Below, one piece after another: positions 55,771 to 64,000 of a stretch of 64,000 nt of DNA. Position 1 is the stretch's first letter. Each line of letters starts with the position of its first letter. Position numbers and translations under genes: made by a program. Source of the stretch: Thermoanaerobaculia bacterium (GTDB taxonomy: Bacteria; Acidobacteriota; Thermoanaerobaculia; UBA5066; Gp7-AA6); assembly GCA_038203955.1 (NCBI GenBank), contig JBBRDK010000005.1:6401-70400 (forward strand), written 5' to 3'. The notes below the pieces were generated by a model. It ran no database searches and had not been told where the DNA came from. It worked only from the letters and a program-made list of their open reading frames with translations.

Positions 55771-56106
55771 GTGAAACCCGGCAACCTCAGCTTCTTTACG
55801 AGAAGGCGAAGCGCGGTCGAAGAGCGCGACTACACCCGGCATGCCGACGTCGTCCGGGCGGCGATCCCCGGGGCGTTTCGTACCCTCGGATGGAAGGCCC
55901 GGGCGACGCAGAGCGGCACGTTCGAAGCCAGCTGGGCGGGCTCCTTTGGGACAGAGGGCTCCGTCGTGGTCCGGATCCTCACGGTAAAGAAAGCCACGCG
56001 AGTGCGCGTCGAGTCAGTCGCCCGACGAGGCGGATTAGACTTCGGTCAGAACGCGAGCAAGATCCGCGAATTCTTCCTGAAGCTCGACCTGAGCCTGTCG
56101 CTGTAA
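55771..56106 (+). CDS. Hypothetical protein (111 aa), tentative
   Basis: GTG at 55771 sits behind an AGGAGG SD. The upstream part of the track ORF overlaps the PilZ gene on the other strand. Confidence 0.4.
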   Translation: MKPGNLSFFTRRRSAVEERDYTRHADVVRAAIPGAFRTLGWKARATQSGTFEASWAGSFGTEGSVVVRILTVKKATRVRVESVARRGGLDFGQNASKIREFFLKLDLSLSL

Positions 56107-56166
56107 GACGCCGCTCCCCAGGCAACCGAATCGGAGAAGCGGCTGGAGGTCAGCGATCGAAAAGAC

Positions 56167-56243
<77 letters not shown>

Positions 56244-56317
56244 AGAGAAGAGGGAGCGGTTATATCGCGTTCGCCGGCGCGGGTTCAAGGCGTGGCGGGC
56301 TCCGAAGCCCCCCGGCG

Positions 56318-58720
56318 CTACTGAACGCGGGCGGAGAGGCGGCCATTGGCGTAGTCGAGCCGGAGGGTGCGCGTCTCCCCTCCGCCGACCTGCGCCGTGG
56401 CGGTCGCGAGGACCGACGCCGGGATGTCCGGGCCCGAGAGCCACACTTTGACCGAAGCGGCGCCCGCGCGGACGGGGATCGACTCGTCGATCGTGCCGCG
56501 CTCCTTCACCGTCTTGAAGAGGCCTTCCTTGCGCTTGAAGGAGAACTGCTTTCGCAGCAGGATCTGATCGTTGACCGCCACCATCACGTGGCCTTCCGAG
56601 AGGGGCGAGTCGAAGAGCAGTCGCAGCATGCCGCTCGTCGAGACGGACGCGGGCGGCGCGGTCGGCTGCAGGGCGGCGCTCGTCGGAAGCGCCTCCTTCG
56701 CCGGCACCACCGCGGCGCGCCGGACGGGCGCCGCGGTCGGCTTCAGTTTTTTCCGGGCGGCGGCGTCCGCCTCCGCGATTTTCGCGCCCGCCTGCTCCCG
56801 CAGCTGCTGGGCCTCCACGCGTCCGCCGTCCATGGCGAGCGTGTCGTCGGCGCGCTTCTTCGCTTCGTCGAAGTTGCCGGCTGCGAATGCCGCGACCGCG
56901 TCCTGCATCGCCTTGTCGGCGTCCGCCGTCTTGCGCGACTGCTCCTGTTTGCCCTGGAGCGCGTTTTCGGCCATCTGCGCGTACTGCCGGGCCTGCGCGT
57001 TGTTCGGGCTGCGCGCGAGAAGCCGGCGGAAGAGGGCGAGGCTTTCCTCGTACTTGCCGTCGGCGAAGAGCTTCTTCCCTTCCTCGAGGGAACCGCGCCG
57101 GTCACGCGTCTCCTTCTCGAGAGCCGCGTCGACCGGCATCGTGGGCCTCGACACGCTCGCGCGCCGCCACAGGAGTCCGCCGACGATCGCGACCAGCACG
57201 AGCACCGCGATCCCAACCACGCGCCAGAACCAGGCGGGATTGACCTCGGAGCGGACGACCCGCCCCCAGTCCTGACCCTTGAGAAGCGCCGCCTTCTCCT
57301 GAAGCTTCTGCACCAGCGAGGGAGGGCGTCCCTTGCTGGAGTCCTTCGGCGCCGACATCCTGCTCCTGGCCGGGAGCGCGAATGGCGTCGTGGGCGCCCG
57401 GGAGGCGGCGAAAGCGGCCGGTGTCTGAGAGGAGCCTGCCGCTGCGGCGGAACGATCGGCGCCGGGTGAGGCCTCGGCTTTGCCGGAACCCGACGCCGGG
57501 GGCCCAACCGGGGTCAACGGGGGAAGCGCCTCCCCCGGAGTGGAGACCGCCGGCGCCGGCGAGGACGAGGCGTCGGAGGCCTCGGCGCCGGCGGGCGCGG
57601 GCGTCTCGTCCGCCGGAGTCGCGCGCGGGTCCGACGGAATCGGGACTCCGGGATCGGCGATGCGAAAGGCCTGCGTCGCGTCTTCGTGGCGAACGGGCGG
57701 CCGGACCTGCGTGCTGCGGCCGGAGCGCGCCTCCGTGTTGTGGCGGTTCTCTTCCGCGGCTTCCAGGACCAGCTGGTCGATGTTGGCGAGCTTCAGCGTC
57801 GGCATGAACTCCGCCTCGGACACGATGGTGCCCAGGTCCTGGAGCGCCCGCTGTTCCTCCAGGTGCGCGCGCAGCTGGTAGAGCGCGAGCGCGAAGTCCT
57901 TGCCGCGCTGGTACCGGTTCCAGGGATCCTTCGCCATCGCGCGCGCGACGATCGGGTTGAACTCGGAAGGGACCTCGCTCGAAAGCTCGGCGGGAGGCGT
58001 GAAGTCCTCGTGGACGATCTTGTATGAAATGGCCGTCAGGTTCTCGCCGACGAACGGCTTGCGGTGGGTCAGGAGCTCGTAGAGGACCACCCCGAGGGAA
58101 AAGATGTCGCTGCGGCCGTCGACCGGGGCGCCGGAGACCTGCTCCGGCGACATGTAGTTCGGCGTCCCGAGGAACTGTCCCGTCGTCGTGAGGTTGGAGG
58201 ACGCGACCTTCGCGATCCCGAAGTCGGTGATTTTCACCTTCTCGTCCGTCGTGATGATGATGTTGGCCGGCTTGATGTCCCGGTGGATGATCCCCTTGCG
58301 GTGGGCGTAGTCGATCGCCTCGGCAACCTGCGCGATCATTTCCGCGATCTGGTCGTACGAAAACGGGGCCCGTTCCGCCAGCAGCGACTTCAGGTTCTTT
58401 CCCTCGATGTACTCCATGGCGATGAAGGACGTCGAGGTCTCGGGGTCCTGCCCGATGTCGTGGATCGTTACGATGTGGGGATGAGACAGGATGCCGGCCG
58501 TCTGCGCCTCGCGGACGAACCGCTCCCGGAATTCGCGCGATTCGGAGTCGTCGTCGCCGGCCATGGTGGACGCCCGGATCGTCTTGATCGCCACCATGCG
58601 GCCGATCACCGGGTCCTTGGCGAGGTACACGACCCCCATCGCGCCCTTCCCGAGCTCGCTCAGTACCTCGTACCGGCCGAGCTTGAGAAGCCGGGCCCCC
58701 GCGACTCCTTTATCCCCCAT
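56318..58720 (-). CDS. Hanks-type Ser/Thr protein kinase with a TM helix and a TPR-like extracytoplasmic region
   Basis: [28 protein letters not shown] and SPEQ motifs, a TM segment [22 protein letters not shown], and a TPR-like C-terminus. Confidence 0.9.
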   Translation of the reverse strand: MGDKGVAGARLLKLGRYEVLSELGKGAMGVVYLAKDPVIGRMVAIKTIRASTMAGDDDSESREFRERFVREAQTAGILSHPHIVTIHDIGQDPETSTSFIAMEYIEGKNLKSLLAERAPFSYDQIAEMIAQVAEAIDYAHRKGIIHRDIKPANIIITTDEKVKITDFGIAKVASSNLTTTGQFLGTPNYMSPEQVSGAPVDGRSDIFSLGVVLYELLTHRKPFVGENLTAISYKIVHEDFTPPAELSSEVPSEFNPIVARAMAKDPWNRYQRGKDFALALYQLRAHLEEQRALQDLGTIVSEAEFMPTLKLANIDQLVLEAAEENRHNTEARSGRSTQVRPPVRHEDATQAFRIADPGVPIPSDPRATPADETPAPAGAEASDASSSPAPAVSTPGEALPPLTPVGPPASGSGKAEASPGADRSAAAAGSSQTPAAFAASRAPTTPFALPARSRMSAPKDSSKGRPPSLVQKLQEKAALLKGQDWGRVVRSEVNPAWFWRVVGIAVLVLVAIVGGLLWRRASVSRPTMPVDAALEKETRDRRGSLEEGKKLFADGKYEESLALFRRLLARSPNNAQARQYAQMAENALQGKQEQSRKTADADKAMQDAVAAFAAGNFDEAKKRADDTLAMDGGRVEAQQLREQAGAKIAEADAAARKKLKPTAAPVRRAAVVPAKEALPTSAALQPTAPPASVSTSGMLRLLFDSPLSEGHVMVAVNDQILLRKQFSFKRKEGLFKTVKERGTIDESIPVRAGAASVKVWLSGPDIPASVLATATAQVGGGETRTLRLDYANGRLSARVQ

Positions 58721-59097
58721 TGGACTCGAAGAAACTCCTTTCCCCCGAAGGCGAAAGCTCCCCTAACACGCCTCCCGAGAGAGAACGGATTCTCGAAATT
58801 GTAGCGTCGCCGCGAAGGGGGGTCAATCCGCGCGTGTCATTCGAGGCCAGGCGGCGCGTTTTCTTGGACGAAACGCCGCCGGGAGACGCCTCGTCCCCTC
58901 CGTCGGCGGCAAAAAGAGGACGCGGCGGGGTCCGCCGCCTTTCCGTGTCGTCTTCCGAACTCGAGACGCCCGGGAGAGCCCGCGAGAGTCCGTTCGGGCC
59001 GAGCGGGGAACGGAGGCGATCCTCTCGAAAAGGCCCGTAGAATCGGGGCCGGCCAGCGCGCCGCCTCCGCGACGAGCCGGTGAATATAATCCGGCGC

Positions 59098-61179
59098 ATG
59101 AAAATTCTTTCGGCTCCGGAGCTCCGGAATGTCGCCGTCCTCGGGCACAACACGGTGGGCAAGACCACGCTCATCGCCGGGCTGCTGCACGCGGCCGGCG
59201 CGACCACCCGCCCCGGAAAAATCGAAGAGGGCACGTGCCCGACCGACTTCGACGGCGAGGAGATCGAGAGGCGGATCTCGATCAACCTCGCGTGCGCCCA
59301 CGTCGTGCATCGGGACGTGCGGATCAACTTCATCGACGCCCCCGGCTACGGAATCTTCTCGCCCGAGGCGCGGGCCGCCGTTTCCGCAGCCGACTCGGTA
59401 CTTCTCGTCCTCGACGCCGTTTCGGGAGTCGAGGTCCAGACGGAAAAGGCCTGGAAATTCGCCTCGGAGTTCGGCCGGCCCGTCCTGTTCGTTATCAACC
59501 GGATGGACCGGGAGCGCGCGTCCTTCGACCGCGTCGTCGACGGGATGAAAAACCGGTTCGGCCGCGGCGTCGTGGCGCTCCAGATCCCGGTCGGGGAAGA
59601 GCGCGCATTCCGCGGAACCATCGACCTCGTGCGCATGGAAGCGCACTCGCACGACAGCGGAAAGCGGGTGGACGGCCCGATCCCGGAAGAGCTCGCCGAG
59701 CAGGCCCGCGCCCAGCACGAGCAGCTCGTCGAGCTGGTCGCGGAAGGCGAGGACGGGCTGATGGAGAAGTTCTTCGCGCAGGGCACGCTCGATCCGGCGG
59801 ACCTGATGCCGGGGTTGAAGTCCGAGGTGGCAGACCGGAAGATCTTCCCCGTTCTTTGCGCGTCCTCTGCCCATGAGATCGGCCTCGTCCGGATCCTGGA
59901 CGCCTGCGTGGCCATTCTTCCGTCCCCCGAGGGCGCCGCGATCGAGGGGACCGACAAGCACGGCAAGCCGGCGAAGATCTTCACCAACGAGACGGATCCC
60001 GCCGTGGCCCAGGTCTTCAAGACCGTCTCGGACCCGTTTGCCGGGAGGATCTCCTACCTGCGCGTGCGCTCCGGGAAGTTCCAGTCGGACGGCACGTACT
60101 GGAATTCCACCCGCGCCATCCCGGAGCGCTTCTCGGGACTGTTCCTCCCCCAGGGCAAGGAGCACGTCAACGTACCCGAGGCGCGCGCCGGCGACATCGT
60201 GGCGGTGGCGAAACTGAAGGAGACGACGACCGGCGACACGCTGACGGCGAAGGACCATCCGGTCGTCCTCCCGAAGCTCGTCGTGCCGGAGGCGTCGATC
60301 GCGTACGCCATCGAGCCGCGGGCCAAGGGCGACGAGGACAAGATCTCGACCGCCCTCCACAAGCTGATCGAGGAAGACCCGTCGCTCCACTTTCAGCGCG
60401 ACGACGAGACCAAGGAGTTTCACCTGTCGGGCGCGTCGCAGCTGCACGTCGAGGTCGCCGTGGCGCGGCTCAAGAGGCGGTACGGCGTCGAGGTCATCCT
60501 CCACCCCCCGAAGGTCCCGTACCGCGAGACGATCAAGGGAAAGGCGGAAGCGCACGGGCGGCACAAGAAGCAGTCCGGCGGCCACGGGCAGTTCGCGGAC
60601 TGCCGGATCCGGGTCGAGCCCCTTCCGCGCGGCGCGGACTTCGAGTTCGTGGACGACATCTACGGCGGCTCGATCCCCCGAAACTTCATTCCGGCCGTCG
60701 AGAAGGGCATCCAGGAGGTCCGCCGCAAGGGGTTTCTGGCCGGCTTCCCGATGGTGGACTTCCGCGTGATCCTCTACGACGGCCAGTACCACGACGTCGA
60801 CTCGTCGGAGCTCGCTTTCAAGATCGCGGGGTCCCTCGCCTACAAAGAGGCGATGGAAAAGGCGCGGCCGACGCTGCTCGAGCCCGTCATGAACGTCGAG
60901 GTCTCCACGCCCAACGAGTACGTCGGGGACCTGATGGGGGATCTCTCCTCCCGCCGGGGGCACGTCCAGGGCATGGACGCGGAGTCCGAGGACACGGTGA
61001 TCAAGGCGCAGGTGCCCATGGCCGAGATGCTGACCTACGGCGCGCAGCTCCGATCGATCACCCAGGGCCGGGGGACGTTCCACATGGAGTTCTCGCACTA
61101 CTCGGAGGTGCCCCAAGCGGCCCAGGAGAAGATCATCGCCCAGTCGAAGGCGGGCAAGGCCGCGGCGGAAGGGGCCTGA
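59098..61179 (+). CDS. Elongation factor G paralogue (EF-G2-like)
   Basis: Five-domain EF-G architecture, with G1 reading GHNTVGKTT (not AHIDAGKTT), G3 DAPGY and G4 NRMD. ATG at 59098 preferred over GTG at 59080. Confidence 0.88.
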   Translation: MKILSAPELRNVAVLGHNTVGKTTLIAGLLHAAGATTRPGKIEEGTCPTDFDGEEIERRISINLACAHVVHRDVRINFIDAPGYGIFSPEARAAVSAADSVLLVLDAVSGVEVQTEKAWKFASEFGRPVLFVINRMDRERASFDRVVDGMKNRFGRGVVALQIPVGEERAFRGTIDLVRMEAHSHDSGKRVDGPIPEELAEQARAQHEQLVELVAEGEDGLMEKFFAQGTLDPADLMPGLKSEVADRKIFPVLCASSAHEIGLVRILDACVAILPSPEGAAIEGTDKHGKPAKIFTNETDPAVAQVFKTVSDPFAGRISYLRVRSGKFQSDGTYWNSTRAIPERFSGLFLPQGKEHVNVPEARAGDIVAVAKLKETTTGDTLTAKDHPVVLPKLVVPEASIAYAIEPRAKGDEDKISTALHKLIEEDPSLHFQRDDETKEFHLSGASQLHVEVAVARLKRRYGVEVILHPPKVPYRETIKGKAEAHGRHKKQSGGHGQFADCRIRVEPLPRGADFEFVDDIYGGSIPRNFIPAVEKGIQEVRRKGFLAGFPMVDFRVILYDGQYHDVDSSELAFKIAGSLAYKEAMEKARPTLLEPVMNVEVSTPNEYVGDLMGDLSSRRGHVQGMDAESEDTVIKAQVPMAEMLTYGAQLRSITQGRGTFHMEFSHYSEVPQAAQEKIIAQSKAGKAAAEGA

Positions 61180-61181
61180 GA

Positions 61182-61220
61182 AGCTGTAGCTCTCAGCTGT
61201 CAGCTGTCAGCTGTCAGCAG
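61182..61220. repeat. Heptamer array AGCTGTC x5
   Basis: agctgta gctctc agctgtc agctgtc agctgtc agcag, immediately 3' of the EF-G stop. Confidence 0.8.
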
Positions 61221-61224
61221 AATG

Positions 61225-61292
61225 GGGAGCCGAGCGACCAACGGGAGCGAGACGGCCGCGGTACTCCGCGGTCAACTAGATCGGGAATCGAA
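61225..61292 (+). repeat. Conserved ~68-nt intergenic element, copy E4
   Basis: GGGAGCCGAGCGACCAACGGGAGCGAGACGGCCGCGGTACTCCGCGGTCAACTAGATCGGGAATCGAAAA. Confidence 0.8.
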
Positions 61293-61315
61293 AAAGAGAA
61301 ACGCGACCGCCCGCG

Positions 61316-62035
61316 TTACAACTCCTTCGCAGCCGATTCGTCCAGTAGCCACAGGAGGCTTCCCCGGCGCGGGCGGACGCGGGCGGCGGGCAGGTCTCTT
61401 CCCGCTTTTGTCCTGCGGATGATCGCCGCGGCGGGCGCGGCTTTCTCCTGGCCGGCCACGAGGAAGACCACGCGGCGGGCAGCGTCCAAGACCTGGTAGG
61501 TCATCGTGATCCGCCACTCGCGGAGCTTCGGGACCCAGTTCGCGGCGACCGGGATGTCCCGTTCCTCGAGAGCACGCGTCCCCGGAAAGAGAGAAGCCGT
61601 GTGTCCGTCGGGCCCGAGGCCCAGGAGGACGAGGTCGAGCCGCGGCCTGCCCCGCTCCCCGGCGAACTCCGTTTCGAGAATGTTTCCGTACTCGCCGGCG
61701 GCGGTCTTTGGCGGAGCCTCCCCGCGAATCCGGAAGACGCGGTCCGCCGGAATCTCGAGCGGCCCGAGCAGTGTCCGGGCGGCCATGAGGTAATTAGAGC
61801 GATCCGAATCCGGCGGAACGCACCGTTCGTCGCCGAAAAAGAAGCGAATCCTCCTCCATTCGATGCCGCGCCGGAACGGAGTCCGCGTCAGGCGCTCATG
61901 AAGAAGGCGGGGCGTCGACCCTCCGGAGAGCGCGACGCGAAACACGCCGCGCGCCGCGATGGCCTCCTCGGATGCCGATCGAAATTCGCGCGCAGCCGCC
62001 TCGGCGAGGCCGGCCGCCCCCGGCAGCACCCGCAC
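61316..62035 (-). CDS. pgl: 6-phosphogluconolactonase
   Basis: FRVALSGGSTP, FFGDERCVP and LGLGPDGHTASLFP motifs. The start is uncertain: GTG at 62035 or 62029 is preferred, and the track ORF begins at a TTG at 62146 inside a heptamer array. Confidence 0.8.
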   Translation of the reverse strand: MRVLPGAAGLAEAAAREFRSASEEAIAARGVFRVALSGGSTPRLLHERLTRTPFRRGIEWRRIRFFFGDERCVPPDSDRSNYLMAARTLLGPLEIPADRVFRIRGEAPPKTAAGEYGNILETEFAGERGRPRLDLVLLGLGPDGHTASLFPGTRALEERDIPVAANWVPKLREWRITMTYQVLDAARRVVFLVAGQEKAAPAAAIIRRTKAGRDLPAARVRPRRGSLLWLLDESAAKEL

Positions 62036-62136
62036 CTCGAAGCGAGGCGGCGCCTCGACCGGCAGAGTCGTGCGGAGACGCGTTTCCTTTTTCGCTTCGC
62101 CTTCGCCGTCTTCTCGTCGCGTCCGATCCCGCCGTC

Positions 62137-62171
62137 CGACGCTCAACGTTGAACGCTCAACGCTCGACCCT
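62137..62171. repeat. Heptamer array SRACGCT x5 (AACGCTC family)
   Basis: cgacgct caacgtt gaacgct caacgct cgaccct, between zwf and pgl. Confidence 0.75.
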
Positions 62172-62179
62172 CTTCTCGA

Positions 62180-63730
62180 CTACAACGTCCTCCACCGCCG
62201 CCCCTCCCTTTCGAGGAACCGGTCCGCCGACTCCGGCCCCCACGTCCCGGAGGCGTAGTTGGGAAAGTCGGCCGCCGGTTGCCCCTCCCACGCGCGCAGA
62301 ATCGGCGACACGACGCGCCACGCCTGCTCGACCTCGTCGCCCCGGGTGAAGAGCGTCTGGTCGCCGTGGGTGACGTCGAGGAGCAGCCGCTCGTAGCCGC
62401 CCTGGATCGGCGCGCCGAGCTTGCTGTAGGGAAAGTCCATGTAGACGGACTGGATCTGCATCACCGTGCCGGGGATCTTCGCGTCGAACTTCAGCGACAC
62501 GCCCTCGTCCGGCTGGATCCGGACGCGCAGGACGTTCGGGTTCAGAGTCCCGACGGCCTTCGAGAAGAGCGGGTGGGGCACCTGCTTGAACTCAATCGCG
62601 ATTTCGGAGACCCGCTCCGCGAGACGCTTGCCGGACCTCACGTAGAACGGCACGCCGGCCCACCGCCAGTTGTCGATGGCGAACTTGACCGCGGCATAGG
62701 TGGGCGTGCCGGAGGCCGGGTCCACCTTCTCCTCTTCCCGGTATCCGGGCACCTTCTTGCCGCCGACGACACCCGGGCCGTACTGCCCCCGCACGGCCCA
62801 CTCGTCGATCGCGTTCTCCGGAATCGGGCGGATCGACTGGAGCACTTTCACCTTTTCCGCGCGGACGGCGTCCGCCTCGAAGGCAACGGGCGGCTCCATC
62901 GCGGTCAGGCAGAGCAGCTGCAGAAGATGGTTCTGGAACATGTCGCGAACGATGCCCGCGCCCTCGTAGTACCCCGCGCGATGTCCGATCCCCACGGTCT
63001 CGGAGACGGCGATCTGCACGTGGTCCACGTACCGGTTGTTCCACAGCGGCTCGAACACGCCGTTGGCGAAGCGGAGGACGAAGATGTTCTGGACCGTCTC
63101 CTTTCCGAGGTAGTGATCGATCCGGTAGATCTGCCGCTCCTTGAAGACCGAGCGGAGCTCGTCGTTCAGGTCCTTCCCGGACTGCAGGTCGTGTCCGAAG
63201 GGCTTTTCCACGACCACGCGCGCCCACCCCTGGTCGGGGGACGCGAGCCCCTTGTCGCCCAGGAACTTCACGATCGTCGGATCGGCCTCGGGAGGCGTCG
63301 CCATGTAGAAGATCCGGTTGCGCGAGCCCGGGCGCTTGCCTTCGATCTGGTCGAGGGTGGACTTCAACCGGTCGTAGAGGGCCGGATCGCCGAAGTCGCC
63401 GGCCAGGTACCGGACGGTCGGCGGCAGCTCGCCGGGCCGTCCCTGGGTGGGAGGCGTGAATTCCCGCGCCCCGCCGTCCAGATATGCGCGAAACTCGCCG
63501 TCGCTCATCTCCGACCGGGCGAGCCCCACGATCGCGAAGTCGGGCGACACCGCGCCGTCGCGCAGCAGATGGGCGATGGCGGGCGCGAGGAGGCGCCGGG
63601 TCAGATCCCCGGACGCCCCGAAGATGACGAGCGTGCAGGGCGGCCGGGCTTCCTCTTCTCCCCGCACCTCCCGGTCGTCGGAAGCGGCCGGCTCCACGCG
63701 GGGCTCGAACGGGACGACCACCGCGCTCAT
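62180..63730 (-). CDS. zwf: Glucose-6-phosphate 1-dehydrogenase
   Basis: IFGASGDLTRR, EKPFGHD and RIDHYLGKE motifs. The start is the ATG at 63730 (residue 83 of the track ORF). Confidence 0.92.
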   Translation of the reverse strand: MSAVVVPFEPRVEPAASDDREVRGEEEARPPCTLVIFGASGDLTRRLLAPAIAHLLRDGAVSPDFAIVGLARSEMSDGEFRAYLDGGAREFTPPTQGRPGELPPTVRYLAGDFGDPALYDRLKSTLDQIEGKRPGSRNRIFYMATPPEADPTIVKFLGDKGLASPDQGWARVVVEKPFGHDLQSGKDLNDELRSVFKERQIYRIDHYLGKETVQNIFVLRFANGVFEPLWNNRYVDHVQIAVSETVGIGHRAGYYEGAGIVRDMFQNHLLQLLCLTAMEPPVAFEADAVRAEKVKVLQSIRPIPENAIDEWAVRGQYGPGVVGGKKVPGYREEEKVDPASGTPTYAAVKFAIDNWRWAGVPFYVRSGKRLAERVSEIAIEFKQVPHPLFSKAVGTLNPNVLRVRIQPDEGVSLKFDAKIPGTVMQIQSVYMDFPYSKLGAPIQGGYERLLLDVTHGDQTLFTRGDEVEQAWRVVSPILRAWEGQPAADFPNYASGTWGPESADRFLEREGRRWRTL

Positions 63731-64000
63731 TTCGTCTTGACCGCGTGGCCGCCGAACTCGTTGCGCAGCGCCGCGTTGACCTTCGCGGCGAACGCGTCCG
63801 GCTGGCGCGAGGCGAATCGGGCGAACAGGGCGCCCGCGAGACCGGGCATGGGAACAGCCTTGTCGATGGCGTCCTGAAGGGTCCAGCGGCCCTCTCCGGA
63901 ATCGTCGACGTAGCCGCGGATCCCCTGGAGGCCCGGGTCCTTCTCGAAGGCGAGAACCAGCAGGTCGAGCAGCCACGAGCGCACGACCGACGCATGCGTC
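63727..64000 (-). CDS. gnd: 6-phosphogluconate dehydrogenase (decarboxylating, Gnd-like), C-terminal part; 5' end beyond the window
   Basis: VDDSGEGRWTLQDAID and ...NEFGGHAVKTK*. ATGA overlap with the zwf start. Confidence 0.8.
   Translation of the reverse strand, partial: THASVVRSWLLDLLVLAFEKDPGLQGIRGYVDDSGEGRWTLQDAIDKAVPMPGLAGALFARFASRQPDAFAAKVNAALRNEFGGHAVKTK

Noticed and set aside
58837-61116. 759-aa minus-strand ORF
   Set aside because: It is antisense to the EF-G paralogue, whose GTPase and domain IV/V motifs are unambiguous on the plus strand.

Overview
High-GC bacterial chromosomal segment (GC not computed). The gene content suggests an Acidobacteriota-like organism: carboxypeptidase-regulatory-type TonB receptors, Sortilin/BNR proteins, DUF4142 and a long GreA fusion. 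This placement is inference only. I call about 58 protein-coding genes and 4 tRNAs (Phe-GAA, Leu-TAA, Cys-GCA, Pro-CGG). There is no rRNA, no CRISPR, and no transposase or integrase. Housekeeping genes are metH (partial), def, rnc, lexA, gap, dsbD, an EF-G paralogue and a gnd-zwf-pgl operon (gnd partial). Many long ORFs in the supplied track are antisense shadows of real genes, which is typical of high-GC DNA. Five things are most worth a second look. (1) A compact orphan NRPS-like cluster lies on the minus strand at 40.8-48.6 kb: an AsnB-like amidotransferase, an adenylation-PCP-luciferase-like-monooxygenase tridomain protein, a family III CoA-transferase and a stand-alone condensation domain. 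Directly upstream sits a TonB-dependent receptor that is translationally coupled to a protein with only sigma-70 region 4. (2) Almost every intergenic space contains tandem arrays with a strict 7-nt period. They fall into about six sequence families, each seen in both orientations and often as inverted pairs. They resemble cyanobacterial STRR heptanucleotide repeats. (3) A conserved ~68-nt intergenic element occurs four times, and a hairpin REP-like element occurs three times. (4) Four 1-2 nt frame disruptions affect three otherwise intact genes (a TMEM175-like channel, ybjQ, and one TonB receptor hit twice). Three of the four fit homopolymer contraction, so sequencing error must be excluded before calling pseudogenes. 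(5) A GAPDH paralogue that lacks the catalytic Cys and the Pi-site Arg is translationally coupled to the canonical gap.
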